This document shows positions 1-8,597 of a DNA stretch of 50,430 nt, piece after piece. A program made the position numbers and the translations under genes. Numbering within the stretch: position 1 is the first letter of the stretch; the number at the start of each line of letters is the position of its first letter. Source of the DNA: Candidatus Micrarchaeota archaeon (GTDB lineage: Archaea; Micrarchaeota; Micrarchaeia; Micrarchaeales; CABMGC01); NCBI GenBank assembly GCA_021810375.1, contig JAJZJB010000002.1:1-50430 (forward strand). Direction: 5' to 3'. Below the pieces are notes generated by a model. That model had not been told where the DNA came from and made no database searches. It was given only the letters and a program-made list of their open reading frames with translations.

Positions 1-581
1 CTACAGGCACGTACGACACAGTTTCTTTCTGGATGTACTGGACAGGATCCGGAGGCGAAGTCGTATATGGGGAAGGCGGGTCTACAGAAGATGGATACAC
101 ACTGTATTTCCCTAGCTATGCCAATTGTTTTGGCTTTAACACAAACCATGGCGACCTGTATGGGGTAAACGCCTTGCCGCTTGCAAACAAGTGGGTATTC
201 GTTACTGCGGTAATGTACAATGGTGGCTCTTACGTGGGCAATTCCCAGATATACATAAACGGAGTGAGCCAAGCGCTTACCCAGTGTTCTGGAACTGCAG
301 AAACCGGACTGTCATATACACCATATAACATATCCTATCCGGGCTACTATTTCAATGGAAAGCTTTCTAACTTGCAAGTGTACAACGCATCGCTATCTGC
401 AAATGACATAAAAGCACTTTACAATGAAGGCATCGGAGGGGCTCCGATAGATCTTGAGAACCTGATCGCATGGATGCCTCTCAATGGAAATTCTGATGAC
501 TACTCTGGGAACCTGAATAGTGGTACGGCAACCTCGGTCGCGTATACGAGTTCGTGGACGTCTGGCTATTCCGCGCCTTAA
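1..581 (+). CDS. C-terminal part of a secreted LamG/concanavalin-like jelly-roll domain protein; the 5' end lies left of the window
   Basis: The frame is open from nt 3 to the stop at 579-581. The stretch YYFNGKLSNLQVYNASLSANDIKALYNEGIGG is typical of LamG-type domains on archaeal surface proteins. Confidence 0.5.
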   Translation, partial: TGTYDTVSFWMYWTGSGGEVVYGEGGSTEDGYTLYFPSYANCFGFNTNHGDLYGVNALPLANKWVFVTAVMYNGGSYVGNSQIYINGVSQALTQCSGTAETGLSYTPYNISYPGYYFNGKLSNLQVYNASLSANDIKALYNEGIGGAPIDLENLIAWMPLNGNSDDYSGNLNSGTATSVAYTSSWTSGYSAP

Positions 582-683
582 AGCAATGATCCGGAGAGCC
601 TTAGATGAATGGATATTCTATGACGGTGGGTTCTGAAATATGATATCTATGGGCGAAACGCATCAGGCATGCTAAACCGGAAC

Positions 684-718
684 GTAGGCGCATCTCCAGA
701 TGCCATTGGCGTGCGCCC
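684..718 (+). repeat. Intergenic structured repeat, copy G (partial)
   Basis: gtaggcgcatctccagatgccattggcgtgcgccc aligns with the central part of copies A/B. It contains the hairpin gcatc-tcca-gatgc. Confidence 0.6.
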
Positions 719-735
719 TACAACAATTTGCATAT

Positions 736-927
736 TTAGCCTTTCTTCAATTCAAGCCTTGATGGATCTGCCTTAAATCCCGCGCCCGCATGTGCACCGC
801 TGCAGAACGGCTTCTTGGTCGAATGTCCGCATCTGCACAGTGCATACTCAACTTTTCCGTCAACCTTAACAAGCAGTGGGCCGTCTTTAGTGAACTCAAA
901 TTCTATATTTGCCATGGTCTCACACAA
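736..927 (-). CDS. CDGSH-type iron-sulfur domain protein
   Basis: CRCGHSTKKPFCSGAH matches the C-x-C-x2-S/T-x3-P-x-C-D/S-G-x-H CDGSH signature. The ORF is 63 aa. Confidence 0.75.
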   Translation of the reverse strand: MCETMANIEFEFTKDGPLLVKVDGKVEYALCRCGHSTKKPFCSGAHAGAGFKADPSRLELKKG

Positions 928-990
928 ATGTTTGTGCTTAATGGTATTAAATACCTTCAGTTTATTTCAGCCCGCTTATTGATTACGGCA

Positions 991-1058
991 GTGCCAGAAT
1001 GCCATCGCCAGGTGCACAGTATGTGCGTCAGGCGCATCTCCGACAAGGAGGATTTTTA
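991..1058 (+). repeat. Intergenic structured repeat, copy A (downstream of copA)
   Basis: gtgccagaatgccatcgccaggtgcacagtatgtgcgtcaggcgcatctccgacaaggaggattttta. The last 28 nt (1031-1058) are identical to 4534-4561. Confidence 0.85.
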
Positions 1059-1203
1059 TACTGTCGACTTTCACCCTGTTTTCGCATATAAATGTGTATA
1101 CTAGATATACATTCATTTAAATGAATTTACAAGAGTGTATATTGTTTAAATTCATGTATATTATTTAAATTATAAGGGGCGAACAGGTGGGCGAGCGTGG
1201 CTG

Positions 1204-3276
1204 TTACGATACCTTGAACCTCGCCAGCAACAAGGAGTTAGAAACTACGGTCACAGAGCTAAAGGCCATGGCAAAGGCAGCCAATAGCGGTAAAATGCTG
1301 TAGACACTTGCCGTGAAGAACGGTATTAGCACGCCAGCAGCTACAGGAATCAGGACTATGTTGTATGCGAATGCCCAGAAGAGGTTCTGCCTTATCTTGT
1401 CCATTGTCCTCTTGCCTAGTTGTATGGCGATGAATGCATCGTAGATACTATTCTTTATCAGGACTATGCTGCCGGCCTGAAGTGCAACATCTGTGCCTGC
1501 TCCAATCGCTATGCCTACATCGGCCTTTGTCAGCGCAGGCGCGTCGTTTATGCCGTCTCCGATCATTGCAACAACCTTTCCCTCCTTCTGCAGCTGCACT
1601 ATCTTGTCCATTTTGTCCTTGGGCTTTGCCTGTGGGATCACGTTGCTTATGCCTAGCTGCTTTGCTACGGCATTTGCCACCCTTTCGTTATCGCCGGTTA
1701 TCAGCCATATCTCGTAGCCTGAGCTTTTGAAAGCATTTATCGCCTTCTTGCTGTCTTCCTTGATGACGTCTGCCAGCGCTATCAGCCCTATAATCTTGCC
1801 ACTGACGCCAACAATGAGCGTGGTTTTGCCTTCAGATTCTAGCTTCTGCAGTTGTTTCTCTACATTGCCAATCTGTTTATTATCGAATAGATCCCTGTTC
1901 CCGATAACTATCCTCCTGCCATTCTTGTCAAGTGCCGTTATGCCGCTGCCCTGTTTGTAGGTGAACTTCTTTGGAAACTCCGCCTTTATGCCAAGCTTAT
2001 CGGCCTTTGCTATTATCGCCTTCCCTATTACGTGCTCAGAGTTCATCTCGGCTGTGGCTGCAAATCTTAGTATCTCTTTCTCTTTGTATCCAGAAACCGC
2101 AACTATGTCCATGACCTCTGGCTTTCCCTTTGTAAGCGTACCTGTTTTATCCAATACCAATGCGTTGATCTTGCTAGCTTTCTGCAGGCTTTCTCCGCTC
2201 TTTACCAGTATCCCTTCCTTCGCAGCTCTGCCGGAGGAGACAAGCAACGCTGCAGGCGTTGCTATGCCAATGGCGCACGGGCATGCTATTATCAGAACGC
2301 TTACGAATATGAGTATAGATACATTCGCACTTACTCCTCCTATGAAGTACCAGGACAGCGAAGCCAGAATTCCGACAAGCACGACTATTGGTACAAAATA
2401 CGATGCGACCCTGTCTGCCAGTTTCTGTATGGGAACTTTGCTTGAGGCCGCATCTTGAACAATTTTTATTATCTGCGATAGCGCAGTATCCTCTCCAATC
2501 TTGGCTGTCCTGACTTTCAGAGAGCTTGTGGCATTGATGGTGCCGCCCATCACCTTGTAGCCTGCCCTCTTGGTAACGGGCATGCTCTCGCCAGTAATCA
2601 TGGACTCGTCAACGGAGCTTTCCCCTTCCACAACAACAGAATCAGTAGGTATCTTCTCTCCGGGCTTCACAAGGAGCATGTCTCCCCTCCTGATTTGCTC
2701 TATGGCGGTGTCAACAACCTTGCCACCTTCAATCCTGTGCGCTACCTTAGGCTGCAGGGCGATAAGTGCAGAAACAGCAGTAGACGCCCTTGATTCTGCG
2801 AGCCTCTGCATGTATGTTCCAGTGAGTATCAAGGAGATTATTATTGTCGAGGTATCGAAATATATACCTCCAGCAGGGAAGAGTGATGGCAAAAGCGTAA
2901 CCGCAGTACTATAGACCCATGCTGCGCTTGTGCCTATCGCAATCAACGTATCCATGTTGGCAGACTTGTTCTTTATTGCATCCGCTATGCCAGCATAGAA
3001 CCTCTGCCCAGCATAGAACTGCACTATACTCGCCAGAACCAGCATTATGTAGTTGCCAAAGCCAAGGTGCAGAACGTAAGTAAGTATTGCAACTATGATA
3101 GTAAGGGGCCATGAAATCATCAATGCGATTCTCAGGTTCCTAAGTTCCCTCTCGGGCCTCTCGAACTGAAGCTTGCAGTTTGTACTGCAGAAATAGTACT
3201 TCTTGCCTTCCTTTTCAGTAGCCAATGTAGAGTTTCTTTCATCAACATACATGCCGCATACAGGGTCTGTTGCCAT
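1204..3276 (-). CDS. copA: Copper-translocating P1B-type ATPase with an N-terminal TRASH/YHS-like metal-binding domain
   Basis: Motifs seen: CPC (IACPCAIG), DKTGTLT, ITGES and [10 protein letters not shown], plus N-terminal DPVCGM...YYFCSTNC. I moved the start to ATG 3276 (MATDPVCGM) because an upstream small ORF ends at 3281. Confidence 0.93.
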   Translation of the reverse strand: MATDPVCGMYVDERNSTLATEKEGKKYYFCSTNCKLQFERPERELRNLRIALMISWPLTIIVAILTYVLHLGFGNYIMLVLASIVQFYAGQRFYAGIADAIKNKSANMDTLIAIGTSAAWVYSTAVTLLPSLFPAGGIYFDTSTIIISLILTGTYMQRLAESRASTAVSALIALQPKVAHRIEGGKVVDTAIEQIRRGDMLLVKPGEKIPTDSVVVEGESSVDESMITGESMPVTKRAGYKVMGGTINATSSLKVRTAKIGEDTALSQIIKIVQDAASSKVPIQKLADRVASYFVPIVVLVGILASLSWYFIGGVSANVSILIFVSVLIIACPCAIGIATPAALLVSSGRAAKEGILVKSGESLQKASKINALVLDKTGTLTKGKPEVMDIVAVSGYKEKEILRFAATAEMNSEHVIGKAIIAKADKLGIKAEFPKKFTYKQGSGITALDKNGRRIVIGNRDLFDNKQIGNVEKQLQKLESEGKTTLIVGVSGKIIGLIALADVIKEDSKKAINAFKSSGYEIWLITGDNERVANAVAKQLGISNVIPQAKPKDKMDKIVQLQKEGKVVAMIGDGINDAPALTKADVGIAIGAGTDVALQAGSIVLIKNSIYDAFIAIQLGKRTMDKIRQNLFWAFAYNIVLIPVAAGVLIPFFTASVYSILPLLAAFAMAFSSVTVVSNSLLLARFKVS

Positions 3277-3280
3277 AATA

Positions 3281-3424
3281 TCATCTCTTTTTGCTGGCTT
3301 CGATAGTGCGCCTTGCAACACTCAGATTGCAGCCATCATGCGCAGAGCACCATTTGCGGCACTCTGTCGCCAATCTTCTGCTCCTGTAATGCAAACCGCA
3401 TATGGCGCATTTGTACTCCGTCAT
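3281..3424 (-). CDS. Small Cys-rich (CxxC...CxxxC) protein in the cop operon, 47 aa, absent from the ORF track
   Basis: Hand translation gives [47 protein letters not shown]. It lies 2 nt after the upstream stop and 4 nt before the copA start. Confidence 0.5.
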   Translation of the reverse strand: MTEYKCAICGLHYRSRRLATECRKWCSAHDGCNLSVARRTIEASKKR

Positions 3425-3426
3425 GG

Positions 3427-3567
3427 CTAACTCTTTGCATAGTTATCTGGCTTCTTGTCAAAGTTCTGCTTGCAGTTAGCGGAGCAAAAGACATAGGTTT
3501 TGCCCTTATAGCTGCTCCTGAACCTGGAGTTCTCTTCTACATCCATTTTACATACAGGATCTTTCAT
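3427..3567 (-). CDS. TRASH/YHS-domain metallochaperone-like protein, 46 aa, absent from the ORF track
   Basis: Hand translation gives MKDPVCKMDVEENSRFRSSYKGKTYVFCSANCKQNFDKKPDNYAKS. The DPVC-x-M...YxFCSxxC pattern is the same as in the CopA N-terminus. Confidence 0.7.
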   Translation of the reverse strand: MKDPVCKMDVEENSRFRSSYKGKTYVFCSANCKQNFDKKPDNYAKS

Positions 3568-3571
3568 TTTT

Positions 3572-3946
3572 TCACCTTTTATCTAATTTTAACGCCCAAT
3601 TGTATACCAGTGCAATTGCAAGCCCAGCCAAGGCACCCAACACAATGTCGATTATCACAGGGGCAATGCCATAGCTGTGGAATACGTCTCCATTGGGATA
3701 GTATCCGGTTCCGTTGTATGGATAGAATATGCCGTTCATCATGTAGCCGAATGTTGCGTTATGGAATACGCCACCCATCATGTAGCCTGTGTACCCATTC
3801 ATCATGCCGTATCCACCAAAGTAACCCACTGTCCCATAGCCAGAGAAACTGAAAGAGATGAACGACAGCCAGCAAAGGAACCCAATAACTGCCCCTGTTA
3901 TCGCAGCTGCCTTCACATTTATCTCAGAAAAGGTTTGCTTAGCCAT
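3572..3946 (-). CDS. Two-TM membrane protein with a Met/Gly/Tyr/His-rich loop, in the cop operon
   Basis: Hydrophobic segments flank GYGTVGYFGGYGMMNGYTGYMMGGVFHNATFGYMMNG. It sits tightly packed between the regulator and the chaperone genes. Confidence 0.55.
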   Translation of the reverse strand: MAKQTFSEINVKAAAITGAVIGFLCWLSFISFSFSGYGTVGYFGGYGMMNGYTGYMMGGVFHNATFGYMMNGIFYPYNGTGYYPNGDVFHSYGIAPVIIDIVLGALAGLAIALVYNWALKLDKR

Positions 3947-3959
3947 ATTTTCACTAATA

Positions 3960-4394
3960 TTATTGAGTATTCAGCGTCCTGTAGCCCTTAGCGCAGTTCT
4001 CACAGCAGAAGCTCAGTAGCCTGCCGTTAATCTTTTCCTTATATCCACCCTTGTATATCTCGCAGTTACAATGTGCGCACACGGTAAGCTTTGGCTTTAT
4101 CGCAATCTCAAACATGTTTCCGAACTTATCTGAGAGCCGTGCCACGAACTTCCTGCCTTCCGGAGTAAGATAATAGGCCTGCCTGTCCCTCTCTGCCCTG
4201 CCTTTTGTTTCAACATAACGATACTTTTTCAGTTGCTTGAGGAACGGATATATCTGTCCTGGGCTGACCTTCTTGCCTGTCTTTTTCTCCACCTCTTTCA
4301 TTATCTCATAGCCATGCTGTCCTTTCTCACTGAGCAGAAGGACTGTGAACAACTTCACCATGTTCTTTATCTCTATGTCGGGCATTGCATTCAC
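3960..4394 (-). CDS. PadR-like winged-helix regulator with a C-terminal TRASH-like Cys motif (probable copper-responsive regulator)
   Basis: N-terminal GYEIMKEV...SPGQIYPFLKQL is PadR-like. The C-terminus has CAHCNCEI...FCCENC. It is the first gene of the cop cluster. Confidence 0.7.
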   Translation of the reverse strand: MNAMPDIEIKNMVKLFTVLLLSEKGQHGYEIMKEVEKKTGKKVSPGQIYPFLKQLKKYRYVETKGRAERDRQAYYLTPEGRKFVARLSDKFGNMFEIAIKPKLTVCAHCNCEIYKGGYKEKINGRLLSFCCENCAKGYRTLNTQ

Positions 4395-4477
4395 TATGTA
4401 TCATATTATGATATATATAAATATGTTATGTTGCTATACTGGAATGGTATTACTAGTTAGCAGCATAATTGAACAGA

Positions 4478-4561
4478 GTGTGGCACGGGGGTTGGCCATG
4501 AAGCGCATCGCCAGATGCACAGTATGCGCCACGGGCGCATCTCCGACAAGGAGGATTTTTA
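4478..4561 (+). repeat. Intergenic structured repeat, copy B (upstream of the cop operon)
   Basis: gtgtggcacgggggttggccatgaagcgcatcgccagatgcacagtatgcgccacgggcgcatctccgacaaggaggattttta. It has hairpins gcatc-gcca-gatgc and atgcgcc-acg-ggcgcat. Positions 4496-4519 match 21 of 24 nt of the tRNA-Asn-proximal 24-mer. Confidence 0.88.
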
Positions 4562-4690
4562 GACGGATTTTTGCTCCCTTATCATATTGGCATGAATAAC
4601 GTATAATAATTTAAATAATTCAGTTGTATTTTAGTATGTGGTGTAACCATAGCTAAGAAGAGTCTAAACTATGCTATTATCCTAATTATT

Positions 4691-7600
4691 GTGGTAGTAA
4701 TATCTATAATCGCTGTACTCCTGCTAACAACGAGATCGCCTGGCACGCAAGCAGAAAATCTTAGCACGTTGGATCCTTTTGCCCATCTGGGCAATGCCTC
4801 GTTCGCTTTGGTCGCGCCGCGTAGTGTTTTGGCAGCCAACGGCCAGTTTGCGTCACTGGCAAGGGAAAGATATGATTTCAGGTACGCTGATGCATCTAAT
4901 TTCACAAACGTCCAGAATTCCACCTTCATAGTGATTGTAGTAAACAGCAGTAATGATGCATACGCGCAACTTGCGCTGAAGGCCATCAATATCACAGAGC
5001 TTGACAATGCTCTCAATTACACAAAAGGCGCAATGATAAGCAAAGATAATGTATGGGAGCACGGTCAGACCGTGTTTCTGTTAATAGGGTACAACGCAAG
5101 CTCGCTTTCTTCGGCTCTGTCGAGTTTTTTTGTTAAAAGCCCTGTCTACGCCCCAAAGCAGTTTAGCGCCAGATTCGTGAATGAGAGCGGCAAGGCATCT
5201 GGCGACCCGATAATGGACGCGGTTCTTGACGGTTCTTATGAGCTCAGTCCACATGACAGCGCACTTCCATACCCGTACAGCTATTACGATAACTTTGCAT
5301 ACCTGATATATTATGCTCCTGTGATAACCTCGATAGTTCCGGGATTGGAAGGCAACAGTTCGGGTGTTGGATTACCGCTGTTTGCTCCAATATGCATGCC
5401 GCCCCCTCCTCCTCCTGGAGGCGGTTCATCGATGTGCGTAGGCGATTATGCTGCAATGCCAATGCTGCAAGTAGGAAGTGCGCCACCTTTGCGCCCGCAA
5501 TGGAGCTATGATACCGGAGACTGCGATTTCTTTGGCATAGATGACTGCATAGATGCCGAGGGATGGTCGGCTTCGGGACTGAACCCGCAGCTTCCCTACA
5601 GAGAGATACCAAGCGTCTACTTCGGAGTCACTTTTACTGGAAGTCCTGTCCCTCCGTCGATGGATGGCACATTTGGCCCAGTGTCGGACAGCCTCCCGAT
5701 CACCTGGTGGGTTTATGGACCGGACTCGTTCGGAGAGTCAACCGGAGGGTTCCAATCGAGCCTATCTGGGGTTATGAACGAGTCTGAGACTGCACTGCTG
5801 ATCAACGCAGGCGTTGACATGTTCTCTGCGCCCATAGGCGAAACCCCTGTCGGCAATTTTACCGTATACAACGCAACAAACTCCTCTTCTACGTATTCGT
5901 GCGGCAGCGAAATATGCGGAATGAGATTCAACTACACCATATATGCGCTCCTTAACGTGTCAGCCACGATACCGGGGAGCGCATCGGTGGCGTCTCCGCG
6001 AGGATATTCTCCAAAGTCGCAGCTTAACTATTCGCCGGTGCTGGAACCTGTATCGCTCACCACGCCCAAAATTGTGAAAACCTCTGCGGAGACATACTAC
6101 TTCAGCTACTGGAGCGTCTACTCCGAGCTGGCGGGCAACCAATACTACAAAAGATACAGCACGTCAGATATAACATTCCAGCTTATAGGACCAACGCAGG
6201 CCAGGGCTATATATACAACAAATACCACTGCGGCCAGCGGCCCCGGCAATGTTACAATATACAGCGATTATATTCCTATGTTCCAGTTTGGGTCATGTTC
6301 TAACAACCCTGCGAACTGCACGAAGTACGGAGCTTATTACCGGATACCAAATGTCTCTGTGTCGATATCGATACCCGGGGGGAAGGCGGTGTTTTCGGGG
6401 GCCACAAACGCAACAGCAACGGCAGTTACTGGAAAGCTTGCAGGCGGGTGCTACAATGTTGCCGTTTCTAAACCGGGTTACAATCTTTTCGCAGATCCGA
6501 ATCCGCTATGCGTCAACGGCGCAACATCGTTGTTCCTAGTCGATACGGATCCTTACATATTCAATATAACGTGGCCGTCATCATATCCGTATGCACTTGC
6601 GCCTGTCAACAGCACTATACCAATTAACGTATCTGTGCGCTATGCCAGCACCGGGGCATCTGCAGGAAATTCCTCAAGGTATCTGTATGCACACACCACT
6701 TCGGGCATAATGGAGGGATACTCTTCTGGGCGCATAGTAAACGGCTATTCAAACCTCTCATCAAACGGAACTGCGGACTTTTTGTGGGAGGTTGGCAAGA
6801 CTCCCGGTATACACGGAATAAACTTTACGATCGGCGTGGGATGGCCCATACTGTCGGAATCCTACTTTATGCCAGTGGTTGCCTATTCCGGCAATTATTT
6901 GAGGACAGAGTTGAACATAAGCCTTTCAAATACAACAGAATACGCTTCTCCGGGAGAGTCTTTCGCCGACAACATAACCGTAAGGCTGTGCAGAACGTAT
7001 CTCATTTCAAACAGGACGCTACCGTGCATTCCTTTAGCGCCGTACGCTGCAAATATGTCGTTGGCATACGTGAATGACAGACCAGTCAATTCCACATATG
7101 CATTCGTGCCTAATCCTGCCGCCGTGAACTCAAAGTCGCTTGATGACACTACGGCCCTTCGCATATCGCTCGGCAATAGCGTGGTAAGTGGTCTGTATGT
7201 AGCGCACATCACGGCTACAATGTCAACGGCCAACGGGGTTTACAATGCGACTGTGCCGCTGCTAATGCATGTATCCAAGAACGGCAGCGCCAGCACAACT
7301 ACCACGGTAACGCCCACCACATCCATAACTACCACTATACCCGGTGGTTCTGGTTACGGCGCATTGAATGTAACAGTACTCTTCAATGGCGCTCCGGCAG
7401 ATACAGCGCAGGTGCGGGCATTTTCGCCTGGTGTGCAAAACTATGGCGGGTGGTACACAGGATCCAATGGGGAATACAGCACAGGATTCATTATAATCCC
7501 GGGCTCATACGAGGTCGATGCCACGTACGACAACATAACCAACAGTACCAATTACCTGAATGTAAGCGCAGGAAAGGTGACATTTGTAAATATAGAAATA

Positions 7601-7828
7601 TATGGTGCTGTAAATACAACTACAATGTCATCGTCATCTACGACCACCACTACTTCGATGACATCTACTTCTTCCACCAGCACGACATCGTCTTCAACAA
7701 CTACTGTGCAATCGGGCTATTACTCATGTAATTTATGTTATCAGATCATAATTGACGGCGATTCGTGCCCTCCAAGCTGCCCTACATCAATTTCGTGCAA
7801 TAAATTTGGAGGCTTCGAGTGCACGTAG
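4691..7828 (+). CDS. Large signal-anchored surface protein, sequon-rich, with a Ser/Thr linker and a Cys-rich C-terminus
   Basis: 1045-aa ORF with an N-terminal hydrophobic segment and more than 30 N-x-S/T sequons by eye. It has a PPPPPPGGG tract, an S/T run (SSSSTTTTTSMTSTSSTSTTSSSTTT), and then 8 Cys in the last 40 aa. Confidence 0.6.
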   Translation: MVVISIIAVLLLTTRSPGTQAENLSTLDPFAHLGNASFALVAPRSVLAANGQFASLARERYDFRYADASNFTNVQNSTFIVIVVNSSNDAYAQLALKAINITELDNALNYTKGAMISKDNVWEHGQTVFLLIGYNASSLSSALSSFFVKSPVYAPKQFSARFVNESGKASGDPIMDAVLDGSYELSPHDSALPYPYSYYDNFAYLIYYAPVITSIVPGLEGNSSGVGLPLFAPICMPPPPPPGGGSSMCVGDYAAMPMLQVGSAPPLRPQWSYDTGDCDFFGIDDCIDAEGWSASGLNPQLPYREIPSVYFGVTFTGSPVPPSMDGTFGPVSDSLPITWWVYGPDSFGESTGGFQSSLSGVMNESETALLINAGVDMFSAPIGETPVGNFTVYNATNSSSTYSCGSEICGMRFNYTIYALLNVSATIPGSASVASPRGYSPKSQLNYSPVLEPVSLTTPKIVKTSAETYYFSYWSVYSELAGNQYYKRYSTSDITFQLIGPTQARAIYTTNTTAASGPGNVTIYSDYIPMFQFGSCSNNPANCTKYGAYYRIPNVSVSISIPGGKAVFSGATNATATAVTGKLAGGCYNVAVSKPGYNLFADPNPLCVNGATSLFLVDTDPYIFNITWPSSYPYALAPVNSTIPINVSVRYASTGASAGNSSRYLYAHTTSGIMEGYSSGRIVNGYSNLSSNGTADFLWEVGKTPGIHGINFTIGVGWPILSESYFMPVVAYSGNYLRTELNISLSNTTEYASPGESFADNITVRLCRTYLISNRTLPCIPLAPYAANMSLAYVNDRPVNSTYAFVPNPAAVNSKSLDDTTALRISLGNSVVSGLYVAHITATMSTANGVYNATVPLLMHVSKNGSASTTTTVTPTTSITTTIPGGSGYGALNVTVLFNGAPADTAQVRAFSPGVQNYGGWYTGSNGEYSTGFIIIPGSYEVDATYDNITNSTNYLNVSAGKVTFVNIEIYGAVNTTTMSSSSTTTTTSMTSTSSTSTTSSSTTTVQSGYYSCNLCYQIIIDGDSCPPSCPTSISCNKFGGFECT

Positions 7829-7840
7829 GTGGGCCAGGCA

Positions 7841-7894
7841 GTTTGTGGTACGGGAGTATAACCCGAAGGGCATCTCCCACGGGAATAATTTAAA
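7841..7894 (+). repeat. Intergenic structured repeat, copy E (internally deleted)
   Basis: gtttgtggtacgggagtataacccgaagggcatctcccacgggaataatttaaa matches the 5' and 3' ends of copy D but lacks the middle. Confidence 0.75.
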
Positions 7895-7915
7895 TGACTT
7901 CATATTTATAGTCAA

Positions 7916-8386
7916 ATGCTGAGTAATATGGCTAAGAAGGATTATACAACCACGATTTTAGTGGATAAAAGCCCGGAAGAGGTTTTTAAGGCAATCAACA
8001 ATGTTCGAAAGTGGTGGTCTGGAGAGATCACGGGTAGGACAGATAGGCTTGGTGCTGTGTGGGAGTACCACTACAAGGACATGCACCGTTCAAAACAAAA
8101 GATAACAAAACTTATCCCAGGCAAAAGAGTAGTATGGCACGTTGTGGACAGTTATCTTAGCTTTATAAAAGATAAAGAAGAATGGAACGGCACGGACATT
8201 GTATTTGATATAGCCAAAAAGGGCAGCAAGACAGAACTGCGTTTCACGCACGTTGGCCTTGCTCCAAAAATCGAATGCTACGATGCCTGTTCGGACGCAT
8301 GGGGTTTTTACATAAAAACTAGTTTGCGCAACTTTATCATGAAAGGCGAAGGCCAGCCAAATCCTAAAGAAAAGAAGGAAAAATGA
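7916..8386 (+). CDS. SRPBCC/AHSA1-like (START-fold) protein
   Basis: About 155 aa. The pattern VDKSPEEVFKAINNVRKWW...ELRFTHVGL is typical of the Aha1/polyketide-cyclase-like SRPBCC family. Confidence 0.6.
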   Translation: MLSNMAKKDYTTTILVDKSPEEVFKAINNVRKWWSGEITGRTDRLGAVWEYHYKDMHRSKQKITKLIPGKRVVWHVVDSYLSFIKDKEEWNGTDIVFDIAKKGSKTELRFTHVGLAPKIECYDACSDAWGFYIKTSLRNFIMKGEGQPNPKEKKEK

Positions 8387-8457
8387 GAGGAAGTATGACT
8401 TGGATGCCATCGCCCGAAGCACAAGATGCGCCACAGGCGCATCTCCGACAGCAGGAA
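8387..8457 (+). repeat. Intergenic structured repeat, copy C
   Basis: gaggaagtatgacttggatgccatcgcccgaagcacaagatgcgccacaggcgcatctccgacagcagg starts right after the SRPBCC stop. It contains the hairpin atgcgcc-aca-ggcgcat. Confidence 0.8.
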
Positions 8458-8528
8458 GTACGCAGATTCGTAATGGCTTGCAAACAAGACATTATCAGGT
8501 TTTAGAATATATAAAATATGCACTTGTA

Positions 8529-8555
8529 ATGCATAATTTAAGTTAAATTATGCAT
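8529..8555. promoter_or_regulatory. Perfect 13-bp-arm palindrome upstream of the ATPase gene (candidate operator)
   Basis: ATGCATAATTTAA-G-TTAAATTATGCAT lies 43 nt upstream of ATG 8598, next to the AT-rich box atttaaata. Confidence 0.4.
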
Positions 8556-8597
8556 TTAAAACGCAAGATTTAAATAGACAAACTACAATATAACCTC

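Noticed and set aside
790-1104. 104-aa plus ORF, and 84-aa plus ORF at 4345-4599, both spanning repeat copies
   Set aside because: The repeat is read in different frames in the two ORFs, and other copies (C, D, E) carry stops or indels. Conservation is at the nucleotide and hairpin level, not the protein level.
1420-3112. Multiple plus-strand ORFs of 74-165 aa (for example 1961-2458 and 2570-2914), and a minus-strand out-of-frame ORF at 2909-3112, all inside copA
   Set aside because: They lie antisense or out of frame within a gene that carries the complete set of P-type ATPase motifs. Their products are low-complexity Ser/Leu/Pro-rich sequences typical of shadow frames.
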